64,000 nt of DNA from Rozella allomycis CSF55 (taxonomy: Eukaryota): positions 157,389 through 221,388 of the forward strand of contig KE560848.1 in assembly GCA_000442015.1 (NCBI GenBank), in the 5' to 3' direction. This document shows, piece by piece, positions 62,358 through 64,000 of this stretch. The notes beneath the pieces are model-generated. The model was not told where the DNA came from. It saw only the letters and a list, made by a program, of their open reading frames with translations, and did not search any database. The translations under genes and the position numbers were made by a program. Within the stretch, counting starts at the first letter, position 1; every line of letters starts with the position of its first letter.

Positions 62358-63567
62358 TTAGCGCCCTCTGTTTTTGATAAAAATTGAAGTTAGATTCCCA
62401 AGTATTCCTTTGTCATATATGTTTTCAATATCTTTAACTGTATATACGGTCCTTAAGGATGATTCACTACTCATCGTTTTCAAAGGAATTTGAATAGATT
62501 TCCCTGATTTCAAATGAACGTCTACATCTGACCATTTAAATGATTCATTGGTTGTGATACCTCTACATATCATTTGTAAATGATAGATTGTAAAAACACA
62601 TACGACGACCGATACCAGTAATGTAAATAAGAATATCATAAGTAAAGCGGGTTCTTTTGGAGTTAATGACTAAATTTTTTTAGAAGAATTATTACAATAT
62701 ACTTTTCATAAAAGTGTAATGGTCTATATTCTCCTTTTCCTGACATGATCAACCATGAGCCAATATCGATCTGAGTCCATATGGACTTTATTATGCAATT
62801 GCAAGAGAAACAGACGTAAATGCAGCTGATAGTTAAAAAAATCAGGTATGCTATAAAGTAGATATGGTTATTCATTCCCACGCAATTGTTTATCCATGCG
62901 CAATGATGATCATGAAGAGATATACATGAATCGCACAATGAACAATGTTTTGAACGAGCAGGTCTTATGTAGAGCAAATTAAATGATGTACTTTGGAAAC
63001 AAGCAAGTCCTGCATTCATTATCAGGGAAATACAAAACATAATCAAATTCGAACATTTCAAGCATTTTTCTGTGGTTCTGATGGGTAATTATTCCTGGGT
63101 CTGTAGTGCTGGCTTTATAGAATGACCATAGGCATGCTACCACGACAAAAGGTAAGATAACACTATAAGTTGTGTGCGATCAGATTCGTACTATGTTTGG
63201 AGGCTACCAAAGTGAATATTAGGCAAATATTTTTTTGCCGGAATGTAAAATAGGCAGAGTGTTCCCAAATACAATATAAGAAATGTTATCTCTATAGAAT
63301 TACATATCTAAATACTTGTAACAATGGATGTTTCTTATTAAATAGATACAAAACTGTATCTTTAGTTAATACGGCAATCTTTTGACCTCCCAATTTTTGC
63401 AAGAGTATGCTTTTAAGATCTCATGAATTATATTACAATAAAAGATTAAAAATTTCTTCTGTTATGAAATGATGGAATTTTCCTATTAAAGAATTTGGAT
63501 ACGATGGGCCAAATAACAAGGCTATAATTAGAACTGTGAAACCAAGAACCAAAAAGAAAAGTATCAT
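62358..63567 (-). CDS. SWF1: DHHC palmitoyltransferase, Swf1/ZDHHC4 type
   Basis: LFGPS..NSLIGKFH, HPLLQ, KPARSKHCSLC...HDHHCAWINNCVG, TTNESFKW, NIYDKG. Confidence 0.88.
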
Positions 63568-63707
63568 TGAAAATTTAGGAATAGAAAACTAGAATTTACA
63601 AAACAAATATTAAGAAATGAATAAATGTAATGAATGCTTTAAGGTTAATTCATTTTTTAGAAATATGTATTATTTGGTTAAAAGCCAAACTTAGCCACAT
63701 TTTCTTC

Positions 63708-64000
63708 ATGGACGGATTAACACCATCACAATATATTCCCAATGAAGAAGAAGGAGAAATCCGGTGTGTTTGTGAAATTATGGATGATGATGGATTTACT
63801 ATTCAATGTGACAAGTGTGGAGTTTGGCAACACACTATTTGTATGGGAATAGCCAAAGAAGAGGTTCCTGATACATACTTTTGTGAAAAGTGTGAACCAA
63901 GAGCAGTAGACGTAGAAGTAAGAGGATTTTCGACGCTATAATGTAGTTGGCGAAGAAAATGCAGCAAGAGAGGTTATCGTTACTTCCAAATAGTAGCAGT
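63708..64000 (+). CDS. SET3: PHD-finger protein, Set3/MLL5-like N-terminus (truncated by window)
   Basis: IRCVCEIMDDDGFTIQCDKCGVWQHTICM...YFCEKCEPR. Confidence 0.7.

Overview
AT-rich, extremely compact eukaryotic DNA with about 45 protein genes and 3 tRNAs in 64 kb. Nearly all spliceosomal introns I traced by hand are only 25-32 nt. Fungal-type genes (AreA-type DUF1752 GATA factor, Prs5, Rua1-like, Swf1) occur alongside centriole/cilium and animal-type genes (zeta/delta-like tubulin, FAM184, TMEM138-like, SCAI). This points to a flagellated early-diverging fungus; Rozella/Cryptomycota-like is my inference. The most unusual signals are in splicing: (1) a 58-nt intron in an Osh6/7 gene made of two abutting 29-nt GT-AG micro-introns with a zero-length exon, and a second candidate pair in FAM184; (2) an intron that looks newly born by tandem duplication of an AG|GT exon stretch; (3) apparent GT-TG and GT-CG introns in a zeta-like tubulin. 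The window also holds a signal-peptide/GPI-anchored acidic Thr-rich surface protein built from duplicated phase-1 exon-intron cassettes, 28-53 bp head-to-head promoters, and recurring AAATTT, CCCTTG and GCCAC start-proximal motifs. All gene identities are from motif recognition, not database searches.
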